Positions 10,374 to 19,066 of a DNA stretch of 64,000 nucleotides are shown here, piece by piece. Position 1 is the stretch's first letter, and each line of letters opens with the position of its first letter. The position numbers and the translations under genes are program-made. The notes under the pieces were generated by a model. The model saw only the letters and a list, made by a program, of their open reading frames with translations. It had not been told where the DNA came from and did not search any database. Source of the stretch: Bacteroidota bacterium (lineage in GTDB: Bacteria > Bacteroidota > Rhodothermia > JANXDC01); contig JANXDC010000011.1 of the NCBI GenBank assembly GCA_025059945.1, positions 141,856 through 205,855 on the forward strand, in the 5' to 3' direction.

Positions 10374-11125
10374 CCGAGGCCCTCCGCGTAGCCGCCACTC
10401 AGGCCCTCATCGCCTGGGCCGACGACGAACTGCTGCTCGGGCACCGGGATTCGGAATGGACAGGGCTCGGACCGATTATCGAAGCCGATATCGCGCTCTC
10501 GAGCATAGCTCAGGACGAAATGGGCCACGCGCTGGCCTGGTACGAGCTGGCGCACTCCCTGGGGGCGCCGGATCCGGATACGCTCGTCTTCGAACGCGGC
10601 CCGGCCGCTTATCGGAACGCCACGCTGTCGGAGCTGCCGCGGGGGGACTGGGCTTTCTGCATCCTTCGGCACTATCTGTTTGACCTGGCCGAATGGGTGC
10701 GGCTGGAGCACTGGCAGCAGATCCCATGGGAGCCCTGGGCGGACATAGCCGAACGCATCACGCGCGAGGAGAAATACCACCTGCTGCACGACCGGACGTG
10801 GTTGGAGCGCTTGGCTCGGGGCACCGAGGAAAGCCACAACCGCCTACAACAGGCCCTGGAGGCGCTCTGGCCCCACGCGCTGGGACTTTGGGAGCCTCCG
10901 GAAGGCGAGGCCGTTCTGGTGGAGGCGGGTTGGATCCCCAGCTCCTCTGCCCTGCAGGCCCGCTGGGAGGAGGAGGTCCGGGCTTACTTGGGTGCACTTG
11001 ACCTCAGGCTCCCCCAAGCCTCCGCCCACCTCGGCGGCCGGCGAGGCCACCATACGGAGCACCTGGCCGCGCTGCTGGAGGCCATGCAGATGCTGCATCG
11101 TCAGATTCCGGGGGCGAAATGGTAA
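10370..11125 (+). CDS. paaC: Phenylacetyl-CoA epoxidase subunit C
   Basis: ADDELLLGHRDSEW, DIALSSIAQDEMGHA, EEKYH and GGRRGHHTEHL. Confidence 0.92.
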   Translation: MTEALRVAATQALIAWADDELLLGHRDSEWTGLGPIIEADIALSSIAQDEMGHALAWYELAHSLGAPDPDTLVFERGPAAYRNATLSELPRGDWAFCILRHYLFDLAEWVRLEHWQQIPWEPWADIAERITREEKYHLLHDRTWLERLARGTEESHNRLQQALEALWPHALGLWEPPEGEAVLVEAGWIPSSSALQARWEEEVRAYLGALDLRLPQASAHLGGRRGHHTEHLAALLEAMQMLHRQIPGAKW

Positions 11126-11595
11126 GCGAACAGGACATCTGGTGCGCCCTCCAAGAGGTGGCCGATCCCGAAATCCCCGTGGTGAACATCGTTGAGCTCG
11201 GGGTGGTGCAAGAGGTGCGCCTAGAGGGGGATCGAGCGGAGGTGGTTTTGATCCCCACCTTTTCCGGCTGCCCGGCCATGGAGCTGATGCGCAGCGAGGT
11301 CGAAAACCGCCTGCGCCAACTGGGGCTTTCGGAGGTCGTCGTGCGGCTTTCGCTTTCGCCCCCCTGGAGCACAGACCGGATCGCCCCTGCAGCGCGCGAG
11401 AAGATGAAGCGCTGGGGGCTTGCCCCGCCCTCGGATTGGGGCCCTGAGCAGGATCTGCTACAACCCGTCACGTGCCCCTACTGCGGCTCAAAGCAGACGC
11501 GCCTGGATAGCCCTTTTGGCCCCACACTCTGCCGGGCCCTTTACTATTGCGACGGTTGCCAACAGCCCTTCGAGAAATTTAAGGCCCTCAAGTAG
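11119..11595 (+). CDS. paaD: Phenylacetyl-CoA epoxidase maturation subunit D (PaaD/PaaJ)
   Basis: DPEIP, PTFSGCPA, CPYCGS and FGPTLCRALYYCDGCQQPFEKFK. Confidence 0.92.
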   Translation: MVSEQDIWCALQEVADPEIPVVNIVELGVVQEVRLEGDRAEVVLIPTFSGCPAMELMRSEVENRLRQLGLSEVVVRLSLSPPWSTDRIAPAAREKMKRWGLAPPSDWGPEQDLLQPVTCPYCGSKQTRLDSPFGPTLCRALYYCDGCQQPFEKFKALK

Positions 11596-11818
11596 CCAGC
11601 GGCCTCTCCTAGGAGGGGTATGTCGAGCCAGACTGTTCCAAAATAGAACGCACGTTTAGGATGCTGTTCTTTTTGGGATCAAAGACGGGCCGCCTTGGCC
11701 ACAAAACTGGCCAGGGGGCCTCCTAAAAAGGGTCCTGCAGGGTGGCATGCGAATTGTTAATGTCTTTGCGGTGCGGACACAAAAAGGCCGCGTACGATGC
11801 GTGTGCGATGATGGATGG

Positions 11819-11855
11819 GCGAAAGCCGGTCGGATAGGCCGGCTTTCGCTTTTTA
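11819..11855 (+). terminator. Intrinsic terminator-like hairpin, possibly bidirectional
   Basis: GCGAAAGCCGGTC-GGATA-GGCCGGCTTTCGC followed by a T-run on +; also lies just past the stop of the minus-strand ORF ending at 11859. Confidence 0.7.
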
Positions 11856-11858
11856 GGT

Positions 11859-12098
11859 TTAGATCGCCTCTCGCTCCAGCTCCAGATTCGCCTCTAGCCA
11901 GATCATGTATGCGAACTGGCCCAGCCGGGGGGAAACGCCCAGTTCTTGCCAGAGCTCATATAGAATAGGGAGCGCCGAGAGGCGGAACTCCATCCATTCG
12001 GCGGGGCTTGCGGACGTGTGGCGCAGGCGCATGTAGGTTTCCAGCAGCGCCTCCAGCTTTCCGTATAGATCCAGTAGATGTTGCGTGCTCCAGGACAT
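11859..12098 (-). CDS. Small hypothetical protein (79 aa)
   Basis: ATG start, plausible helical sequence, own promoter-like element TTGCCT-17-TACTTT (minus strand 12160-12132) and a downstream hairpin. Confidence 0.55.
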   Translation of the reverse strand: MSWSTQHLLDLYGKLEALLETYMRLRHTSASPAEWMEFRLSALPILYELWQELGVSPRLGQFAYMIWLEANLELEREAI

Positions 12099-12131
12099 AT
12101 TTAGAGGCCCTGAGGCCGGAGGTTCTTATTT

Positions 12132-12200
12132 AAAGTAGCGGCCTCTTCAGCCAAAGGCAAGCAGTGCGCGATTGCGCCTCCTCCGGGGAAAGCGTATCTT
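12132..12200. promoter_or_regulatory. Back-to-back sigma70-like promoters (79-aa ORF and pncB operon)
   Basis: Minus strand: TTGCCT(12160-12155)-17-TACTTT(12137-12132). Plus strand: TTGCGC(12172-12177)-17-TATCTT(12195-12200). Confidence 0.55.
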
Positions 12201-12234
12201 AAATTTTAAAACTAAAATCGTCATCCGCCCGAAC

Positions 12235-13590
12235 ATGACGCGCGCGCCCTCGGCTACGCCGGCGCTCATGACCGATTTATACGAGCTGACCATGGCTGCT
12301 GGCTACGTCGAGCAGGGCCTTCATCATGTGGAGGCCACGTTTGAGCTCTTCGTACGCGCCCTGCCCCCCCGACGTGGCTACTTGCTGCTGGCTGGCTTGG
12401 AACAGGTGGTGCAATACCTGGAACAGCTGCGCTTTACCGAAGAGCAGCTAGCCTATCTCAGGGCGCTACCGGTTTTTGCCCACGTACGGCCGGCCTTTTG
12501 GGAGTATTTGCGAACGCTTCGGTTTACGGGCGACCTATGGGCCATACCCGAGGGCCGAGTGGTTTTCCCGGGGGAGCCCATCCTGCGCGTGCGGGCTCCG
12601 ATTGTGCAGGCGCAGCTTGTGGAAACGTATTTGCTGGCTGCACTTAACTTAGGGATCGCAGTAGCCACGAAAGCCAGCCGGGTTGTGCAGGCGGCCCAGG
12701 GACGAGCGGTGATCGACTTCGGCTCTCGGCGTGCGCATGGCCCCGAGGCGGCCGTGTATGCTGCACGAGCCGCCTATATAGGAGGATGCGTGGGCACCTC
12801 CAACGTGGAGGCGGGCTACCGGTGGGGTATCCCCGTGTTTGGCACCATGGCCCATTCGTGGGTTATGGCTTTCGGCAACGAGCTGGAGGCCTTTCGCGCT
12901 TTTCACCGCGTCTTTCCGGAGCACACGACGCTGCTTGTGGACACCTATGACACGCTGGAGGGCGTGCAACACGCCATCGCTCTGGGCGGCTCGATTCGGG
13001 GTATCCGGATCGATAGCGGTGACCTCGTATACTTAAGCCAGCAAGCTCGCAGCCGGCTCGATCAAGCCGGTTTAAGGCAAGTGCGCATCGGCATCAGCGG
13101 AGATCTGGACGAATACCGCATTTGGGATTTTCTGCGTCGAGGTGGGGTGGCGGATTGGTTCGGAGTGGGCACAAAGATGGTCACCTCCGAGGACGCCCCC
13201 TGGGTCGGAGGGGTATATAAGCTGGTGGAGCTCTCCTACAACGGCGCGGAGCGCTTCGTGCTCAAGCTCAGCCAGGCCAAGCGCACCTATCCAGCATCGA
13301 AGCAGGTATACCGGTTTCGAGATTCGACCGGCCGCCTGACCTATGACCTGGTAGCCTGGGAGGAGGAGCCCCCCCCGGAGGGTGGGGAACCGTTATTGGT
13401 CCCGGTTTTGCTTCGGGGGACGCGCTCGGAGCCGCTGCCGGAGCTAGAGGCAATCCGCCAACGCGCCCAGCAGGAGCTTGCCGCCCTTCCGGAGCCGGTG
13501 CGCGATCTGGAGGAGCCCGCCGTGTATCCGGTCCGGATCAGTGCGAAACTGGAGCGTTTGTTTGCACAGGTCATGGAGCAGGTTGGATAA
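12235..13590 (+). CDS. pncB: Nicotinate phosphoribosyltransferase
   Basis: LMTDLYELTM, DFGSRRAHG, GTMAHSW, LVDTYD, RIDSGD and GGVYKL; start at ATG 12235. Confidence 0.95.
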   Translation: MTRAPSATPALMTDLYELTMAAGYVEQGLHHVEATFELFVRALPPRRGYLLLAGLEQVVQYLEQLRFTEEQLAYLRALPVFAHVRPAFWEYLRTLRFTGDLWAIPEGRVVFPGEPILRVRAPIVQAQLVETYLLAALNLGIAVATKASRVVQAAQGRAVIDFGSRRAHGPEAAVYAARAAYIGGCVGTSNVEAGYRWGIPVFGTMAHSWVMAFGNELEAFRAFHRVFPEHTTLLVDTYDTLEGVQHAIALGGSIRGIRIDSGDLVYLSQQARSRLDQAGLRQVRIGISGDLDEYRIWDFLRRGGVADWFGVGTKMVTSEDAPWVGGVYKLVELSYNGAERFVLKLSQAKRTYPASKQVYRFRDSTGRLTYDLVAWEEEPPPEGGEPLLVPVLLRGTRSEPLPELEAIRQRAQQELAALPEPVRDLEEPAVYPVRISAKLERLFAQVMEQVG

Positions 13591-13592
13591 GT

Positions 13593-15296
13593 ATGCGCGT
13601 CGCGATCGCACAGCTAAACCCGACCGTGGGTGATCTCCAGGAGAACGCCCAGCGAATTCGTCAAGCCATTCAGCGCGCTCGCGATCGTGGAGCGGACCTG
13701 CTGCTCTTGCCCGAGATGAGCCTGGTCGGCTATCCGCCCCTGGATCTGCTGGAGCAGCCGGATTTTCTAGCCGCCATACGGCGCACCCTGCAGGCCTTGG
13801 CCCCCGACACCGAGGGGCTCGTTGTCGTCCTGGGCGCCCCGGTGCCGAATCCCTCGGAAGTGGGCAAACGGCTCTTGAACGCGGCCGTAGTCTACGAGGG
13901 CGGTCGAATCCGCGCCGTTGTGGCCAAGCAGCTGTTGCCTACCTACGACGTATTCGACGAATACCGGTATTTTGAACCTGGGCCGCCTTCGGAGCCGATT
14001 CGGATCGGGCAATGGCGAATCGGCATCACGATCTGCGAGGACATCTGGAACGACGACCCCCAAGCGGGCTGGTGGATGTACGCGCGCAACCCGGTCCGAG
14101 AGCTGGCGGAGCAGGGCGTCGATGTGCTCTTAAATCTTTCGGCCTCGCCCTTTGCGCGGGGCAAAATCGCGCAACGCGATGCGTTGCTGCGAGGTATCGC
14201 TTCCCGTTATGAGGTCCCCGTAGTGCTAGCCAATCAAGTGGGAGCCAATACGGATCTCATCTTCGACGGATCCAGCCGCGTCTACACCCCAGATGGCCGC
14301 TGCGCCTTGGCCCTGCCGGCCTTTGAGGAGGCGATCGGCCTTTGGGATCTCAAAACGGCCCGTGTGGAGGGTCATGTCCCGCCCATAGGCGATGAGACCG
14401 AGCAGGTCCGCCGGGCGCTTCGGCTGGGTCTGCGCGACTACGCCCGCAAAACAGGGGCTTTTGAGCGCGTTTGGGTCGGCATGAGCGGGGGTATCGACTC
14501 CTCGCTTGTGGCCGCGCTGGCCGTAGAGGCCCTGGGACCGGAGCGCGTCGTGGGCGTGAGCCTGCCGAGCCGGTACTCCTCGGAGGCTTCGCGAACGGAC
14601 GCCGAGCAGCTGGCGCGTACGCTCGGGATCCCCTTTTACTCGATTTCCATCGAACCCGCCTTTCGGGCATTTGAACACATGCTCGCGCCCCTCTTTCGGG
14701 ACACCGAGCCCGGAGTGGCTGAGGAAAACATCCAGGCCCGATCCCGGGCTGTGGTGCTCATGGCCCTGGCCAATAAGTTCGGTGATATGGTCTTGGCCTG
14801 CGGCAATAAGAGCGAAATCGCCACCGGATACGCCACGCTCTACGGCGACATGGCCGGAGGGCTAGCTCCGATCGGGGACCTGTACAAGACCGAGGTATAC
14901 GAGATGGCCCGCCATCTCAACCAAGAGGCGGGCTTTCCGCTCATTCCCGAGTCCGTGTTCCTTAAGGCCCCCTCGGCGGAGCTGCGGCCCGGGCAGAAGG
15001 ATACGGATACGCTCCCCCCCTATGAGGTGCTCGACGACATCCTCAAGCGCTATTTGGAGCTGCACGCCTCGGTTGAGGAGATCCTGGATGCGGGTTATGA
15101 TCCAGCGCTTGTGCAGTACGTGCTCCGGCTTGTCGATCAAAACGAATACAAGCGCCGCCAGGGCCCTCCTGTGTTACGCGTCTCCCCCAAGGCCTTCGGC
15201 TACGGGCGCCGGTTCCCGATCGTGCAGCGTTGGACGGTGCAACGCATGCCTCTTATCGAGAGCCGAGTGCGGCCAGCAGCCTTGACAACCAAGTGA
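13593..15296 (+). CDS. nadE: Glutamine-dependent NAD+ synthetase
   Basis: Nitrilase-like N-domain (PEM, KQLLPTYDVFDEYRYF, ICEDIW) plus SGGIDS, NIQAR, GNKSE and PSAELRPGQ. Confidence 0.95.
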   Translation: MRVAIAQLNPTVGDLQENAQRIRQAIQRARDRGADLLLLPEMSLVGYPPLDLLEQPDFLAAIRRTLQALAPDTEGLVVVLGAPVPNPSEVGKRLLNAAVVYEGGRIRAVVAKQLLPTYDVFDEYRYFEPGPPSEPIRIGQWRIGITICEDIWNDDPQAGWWMYARNPVRELAEQGVDVLLNLSASPFARGKIAQRDALLRGIASRYEVPVVLANQVGANTDLIFDGSSRVYTPDGRCALALPAFEEAIGLWDLKTARVEGHVPPIGDETEQVRRALRLGLRDYARKTGAFERVWVGMSGGIDSSLVAALAVEALGPERVVGVSLPSRYSSEASRTDAEQLARTLGIPFYSISIEPAFRAFEHMLAPLFRDTEPGVAEENIQARSRAVVLMALANKFGDMVLACGNKSEIATGYATLYGDMAGGLAPIGDLYKTEVYEMARHLNQEAGFPLIPESVFLKAPSAELRPGQKDTDTLPPYEVLDDILKRYLELHASVEEILDAGYDPALVQYVLRLVDQNEYKRRQGPPVLRVSPKAFGYGRRFPIVQRWTVQRMPLIESRVRPAALTTK

Positions 15297-15314
15297 AAGC
15301 GGGGGCCAAGCGCG

Positions 15315-15845
15315 ATGCCCATTCGGATTTTGCAGGGGGACATCACCGAACTGGACGTAGAGGCCATCACCAACGCGGCCAATGAGCACCTTAAGCTCGG
15401 CACCGGTGTGGCCGGGGCCATCGCCCGCAAAGGGGGGCCTGAGATCCAACAGGCCTGCGATCGGATCGGCTACACGCCGGTTGGCACGGCCGTCTTGACC
15501 CCCGGCGGACGGCTTAAGGCGCGCTATGTGATTCATGCCGTGGGGCCGCGATACGGGGTGGATCCGGAGCCCGAGCGTCTGCTGGCCCAAGCCGTGCGGG
15601 CAACCCTGGAACTGGCCGAGCAACAGGGGATTCGCAGCCTCGCCCTGCCGGCTATCAGCACAGGGGTTTTTGGCTTCCCCAAAGAACCCGCGCTGCGCAT
15701 CATCTTGCAGACCCTTCGGGATTACTTCGCTGAGCGCACGCGCAGCTCCCTTCAAGAGGTAGTGCTGTGCCTGTACGATTCGGAAAGCTATGCGCTCGCC
15801 CAGCGGATCTGGGCGGAGCTTGAGCCGCCTAACGTGGAGGGTTGA
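15315..15845 (+). CDS. Macro domain protein (ADP-ribose/O-acetyl-ADP-ribose hydrolase)
   Basis: GDIT, NAAN..GVAGAI, VIHAVGP and PAISTGVFGFP. Confidence 0.93.
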   Translation: MPIRILQGDITELDVEAITNAANEHLKLGTGVAGAIARKGGPEIQQACDRIGYTPVGTAVLTPGGRLKARYVIHAVGPRYGVDPEPERLLAQAVRATLELAEQQGIRSLALPAISTGVFGFPKEPALRIILQTLRDYFAERTRSSLQEVVLCLYDSESYALAQRIWAELEPPNVEG

Positions 15846-15852
15846 AGGCCAT

Positions 15853-16926
15853 ATGGCAGCGATGGGGCCAGACTCCGTCCAGCTGGGTCGGTACGTCAGT
15901 TCGATCTTGCGAGGTCTCAAGCCGGCCTATGGGTTGCGACTCGAGCTCGGGGGGTGGGCTCGAGTCTCGGAGCTTGCGTCTGTCGCCCTGCGCCACTGGC
16001 AAGGGGAGGGGGATCCCTCGGCGCAGGACGTGTTGCGCGTACTGGAGTCGGGTCAAGGCCAGTGGTATGAGTTCGCGGGCCAGTGGGTGCGTTCGCGTCT
16101 GCATCCCCAGTTTTCCGCGTTCGAAGCCTTTCGGCCGGAGCAGCCCCCTCTGTACCTCTGCCTTGGGATTCATCGCGCTAGCTGGCGGCAAATCCGGCGT
16201 CATGGCCTGCGCGAGGATCCAGCTGTGCTGCTGCGCGCCCAACCGGAGCTGGCCTTGCAGGATGCGCGGCGTAATTGGGCAGACCGGGGCTTCGCGCTTC
16301 TTGTGGACGCGCTGGCCATGCACGAAGACGGCTTCGTCTTTCTCCGTCACGGCCAAGAGGACCTTTGGGCGGTGGAGTTCGTCCCGACGGCGTATGTACT
16401 CAACCGCGAGCGGCCCTTGCGTCTTGTGTTGGCCGGCGGGGGTATTTTGCACCGCTGGCGCGAAGGGCGGCTTGAGGTGCTTTTGCTCAAACGCAGGGGC
16501 ATCTGGGACCTGCCCAAGGGGAAGATGGATCCGACAGATCTTACGCTTGAGTCCTGCACCCTGCGGGAGGTCAAAGAAGAGGTCGGGGACTTCCCATTTG
16601 TGCTCGAGCGTTACGTAACGGCCTCGCAACACGTCTACTCGCACGGCGAGCACCTGATTTTGAAGACCACCCATTGGTATACGATGCGCTCACCGGTGGA
16701 GGATTTCCCTGTGGGCCATAACCCCAAAGTGACGGAATACCGTTGGACGCCCATCGAAGAGGCGATCGAGCTTGTGGGTTTTGAGACGCTGCGCCAGGTG
16801 CTGACCCACGTACGGCACCTGCTTAGCCCCCCGGACTCCAACGGGGCTGCGGCTTCCCCCCCAGTTGACCATCCCGGGATCCCCGAGGAGCCTCAATGGG
16901 CCATGATGGCGGGGGCCGATTCATGA
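15853..16926 (+). CDS. Fusion of a degenerate Tpt1/KptA (RNA 2'-phosphotransferase)-like domain and a NUDIX hydrolase
   Basis: The N-half aligns by eye to KptA (SSILR..YGLRL..GGW; PPLYL.LG..IRRHGL; VDALAMHEDGFVF..LWAVEFVP). The C-half has WDLPKGK..REVKEEVG and ILKTTHWY. Confidence 0.75.
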   Translation: MAAMGPDSVQLGRYVSSILRGLKPAYGLRLELGGWARVSELASVALRHWQGEGDPSAQDVLRVLESGQGQWYEFAGQWVRSRLHPQFSAFEAFRPEQPPLYLCLGIHRASWRQIRRHGLREDPAVLLRAQPELALQDARRNWADRGFALLVDALAMHEDGFVFLRHGQEDLWAVEFVPTAYVLNRERPLRLVLAGGGILHRWREGRLEVLLLKRRGIWDLPKGKMDPTDLTLESCTLREVKEEVGDFPFVLERYVTASQHVYSHGEHLILKTTHWYTMRSPVEDFPVGHNPKVTEYRWTPIEEAIELVGFETLRQVLTHVRHLLSPPDSNGAAASPPVDHPGIPEEPQWAMMAGADS

Positions 16927-17612
16927 GGAGATGGGTTGCGCTGGTAGCCTCGCTCATGCCCTCCATCGCCGGCTGGGGGCAGGTTTGGAGAGGCAGAACA
17001 GCGGATTGGGCCAGCCCCCCCATGAGCGTGCTCTGGATCAATGGCCACCAGGCTAGCTTTCAGCATCAGACCGGATCGAGCACGCTTGACTGGTCCGGTT
17101 GGGCTCCAGGGCTGATGTTCTCGCAGCCGAACCTGGATCTGTTCCTCTCTTGGCAGCCTCGGGCAGGGGGCAAGCGGTTGGAGTACTGGGAGGCGGGCGG
17201 GCATCTGTGGGGTGGTTTACCCGTGGCGCCGTTATGGGCCTTGGAAGTGCCCTTCGGGCTGTTCGCCGGTTATCGTTCTGTATCTCCTCAGGGCGCGATG
17301 CGCGAGGGCATAAGCGTGAGCGTGCTCACGTTCGGGGGCGGGCTAGGGTGGCGGCCTTCGATCGGACGTGGGCTTTGGGGGCTGTTGCGGGCTGCGCCCT
17401 TCGGAGGATTGGCCTTTGAATCCTTCGGGCTGCGCAATGGTCGCTCTCTTGGCTTTGTAGCCGAGGTGCGCCTGTACACCGATCGCATAGGCGCCTCTCG
17501 CTGGGGCTTGGCCTTCGGAGCTGGATACCGGCACTGGCGCTGGGTCTTCGAAGATAGCCAACTCAACTACCTCTGGTCCGATGTGCGGGTCTCGCTGGGG
17601 TTGAGTTTCTAG
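16923..17612 (+). CDS. Hypothetical exported protein, probable outer-membrane beta-barrel
   Basis: Signal peptide from ATG 16923, Gly/aromatic-rich amphipathic strands and C-terminal VSLGLSF. Confidence 0.6.
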   Translation: MRRWVALVASLMPSIAGWGQVWRGRTADWASPPMSVLWINGHQASFQHQTGSSTLDWSGWAPGLMFSQPNLDLFLSWQPRAGGKRLEYWEAGGHLWGGLPVAPLWALEVPFGLFAGYRSVSPQGAMREGISVSVLTFGGGLGWRPSIGRGLWGLLRAAPFGGLAFESFGLRNGRSLGFVAEVRLYTDRIGASRWGLAFGAGYRHWRWVFEDSQLNYLWSDVRVSLGLSF

Positions 17613-17809
17613 TGGGCAAAAGGGCCATCCTGAAGCAGCTCGAGGAGGCGGTGCGCGCCCGCGGCTGGGAAGTCCGGCGCGAGACCGGCTCGTTTCTAGG
17701 AGGGCCTTGCCGTCTGAAGGGCCGATCCGTTGTGGTGCTCAACCGCCGCAGTCCGGTTGAAATTCAGGTGGCGATTTTGGAGGAAGCACTGCGGCGTGCA
17801 CCCCTTTAA
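17612..17809 (+). CDS. Small hypothetical protein (65 aa)
   Basis: GTG start overlapping the upstream stop; the EVRRETGSFLGGPCRLKG..VVLNRR pattern recalls small Bacteroidota-type hypotheticals. Confidence 0.6.
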   Translation: MGKRAILKQLEEAVRARGWEVRRETGSFLGGPCRLKGRSVVVLNRRSPVEIQVAILEEALRRAPL

Positions 17810-18641
17810 TCATCCTCTCGGATCGGCGCACAGCGCCCCTCGGCCCCATGAGCTGCGCGTAACGCTGCTTGGCACGGGGACCTCCACGGGCGTCCCCGTG
17901 ATCGGCTGCCGGTGCCGGGTTTGCACTTCCTCAGATCCGCGGGATAAGCGGCTGCGTTGTTCGGCGTGGGTGCGCACGGCCCGCACAAGCCTGCTTATCG
18001 ACACAGGGCCGGATTTTCGGCTGCAGGCGCTGCGTTACGGGATCCCGCGTATTGACGCTGTGCTCTACACGCATCACCATTTCGATCACGTCATGGGCTT
18101 AGATGAGCTACGCGCCTTCAACTACCTGCAGCCCGATCCTATCCCCCTGTACGCCTCCCCGGAGGCGGCCTCTATGTTGCGGCACATGTTCCGGTATGTT
18201 TTCCTGGATCCCCCCATGCCAGGTATTCCCAAGGTGCAGCTAAACGAGATCATAGGTCCTTTTCGCATCGGGGAGCTCGACATACAGCCCATACCCGTCT
18301 GGCACGGCCCCATTTCTGTGCTTGGGTTTCGGATCGGGCCTTTTGCTTACGTAACGGACGTGAGCCAAATTCCCGAGCAGAGTTTGCCCCTTCTGGAGGG
18401 CCTGGAAGTGCTCGTACTGGGCGCTCTGCGCTATCGACCTCACCCTATGCACTTCAGCATCCATGAGGCCGTATCTGCGGCCAGGCGTCTGGGGGCGAAG
18501 CAAACGTATCTTATCCACCTCACGCACGAAGTGCTGCACGCTGAGGCTGAAGCCGATTTGCCCGAGTTCGTGCAGCCCGCTTACGACGGATTGGAGCTCA
18601 GGATCCCCTGGCTGAAGGCGCATTCGGAGCCGACCGCATGA
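17796..18641 (+). CDS. MBL-fold metallo-hydrolase, PhnP-like phosphodiesterase
   Basis: LGTGTSTGVPVIGCRCRVCTS, IDTGPDFR, THHHFDHVMGLDELR and HLTH..AYDG; start uncertain (GTG 17796). Confidence 0.88.
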   Translation: MHPFNHPLGSAHSAPRPHELRVTLLGTGTSTGVPVIGCRCRVCTSSDPRDKRLRCSAWVRTARTSLLIDTGPDFRLQALRYGIPRIDAVLYTHHHFDHVMGLDELRAFNYLQPDPIPLYASPEAASMLRHMFRYVFLDPPMPGIPKVQLNEIIGPFRIGELDIQPIPVWHGPISVLGFRIGPFAYVTDVSQIPEQSLPLLEGLEVLVLGALRYRPHPMHFSIHEAVSAARRLGAKQTYLIHLTHEVLHAEAEADLPEFVQPAYDGLELRIPWLKAHSEPTA

Positions 18642-19066
18642 AAATCCTCATCCTCAATGGCCCCAACCTGAACTTGCTCGGCCAGCGCGAGCCCGCTTGG
18701 TACGGGACCGAATCGCTACAAGAGCTGATCGCCTGGCTGCAAGAGGCCTTCTCGGAGCATGAGCTGTTGCATTTTCACTCCAACCACGAGGGGGCGCTCA
18801 TAGACCGGTTGCATGCGGCGCGGCAGGAGGGGGTTGAGGGCGCCGTGCTCAACGCCGGGGCTTTGGCGCACACCAGCTACGCCCTGCGTGATGCGATCGC
18901 GGCGGCAACGTTTCCCGTAATAGAGGTGCATCTGTCGAACATCTACGCGCGGGAGCCCTTTCGGCATCGGTCCGTGCTCGCCCCCGTGTGCGCCGGCCTG
19001 ATAGCCGGCCTGGGCCCGTGGAGCTATTACCTGGCCGTCTTGTACCTGACCCGAGCGCGCTCCTGA
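18638..19066 (+). CDS. aroQ: Type II 3-dehydroquinate dehydratase
   Basis: LNGPNLNLLGQREP..YG, SNHEG, HTSYALRDA and EVHLSNIYAREPFRH. Confidence 0.96.
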   Translation: MKILILNGPNLNLLGQREPAWYGTESLQELIAWLQEAFSEHELLHFHSNHEGALIDRLHAARQEGVEGAVLNAGALAHTSYALRDAIAAATFPVIEVHLSNIYAREPFRHRSVLAPVCAGLIAGLGPWSYYLAVLYLTRARS

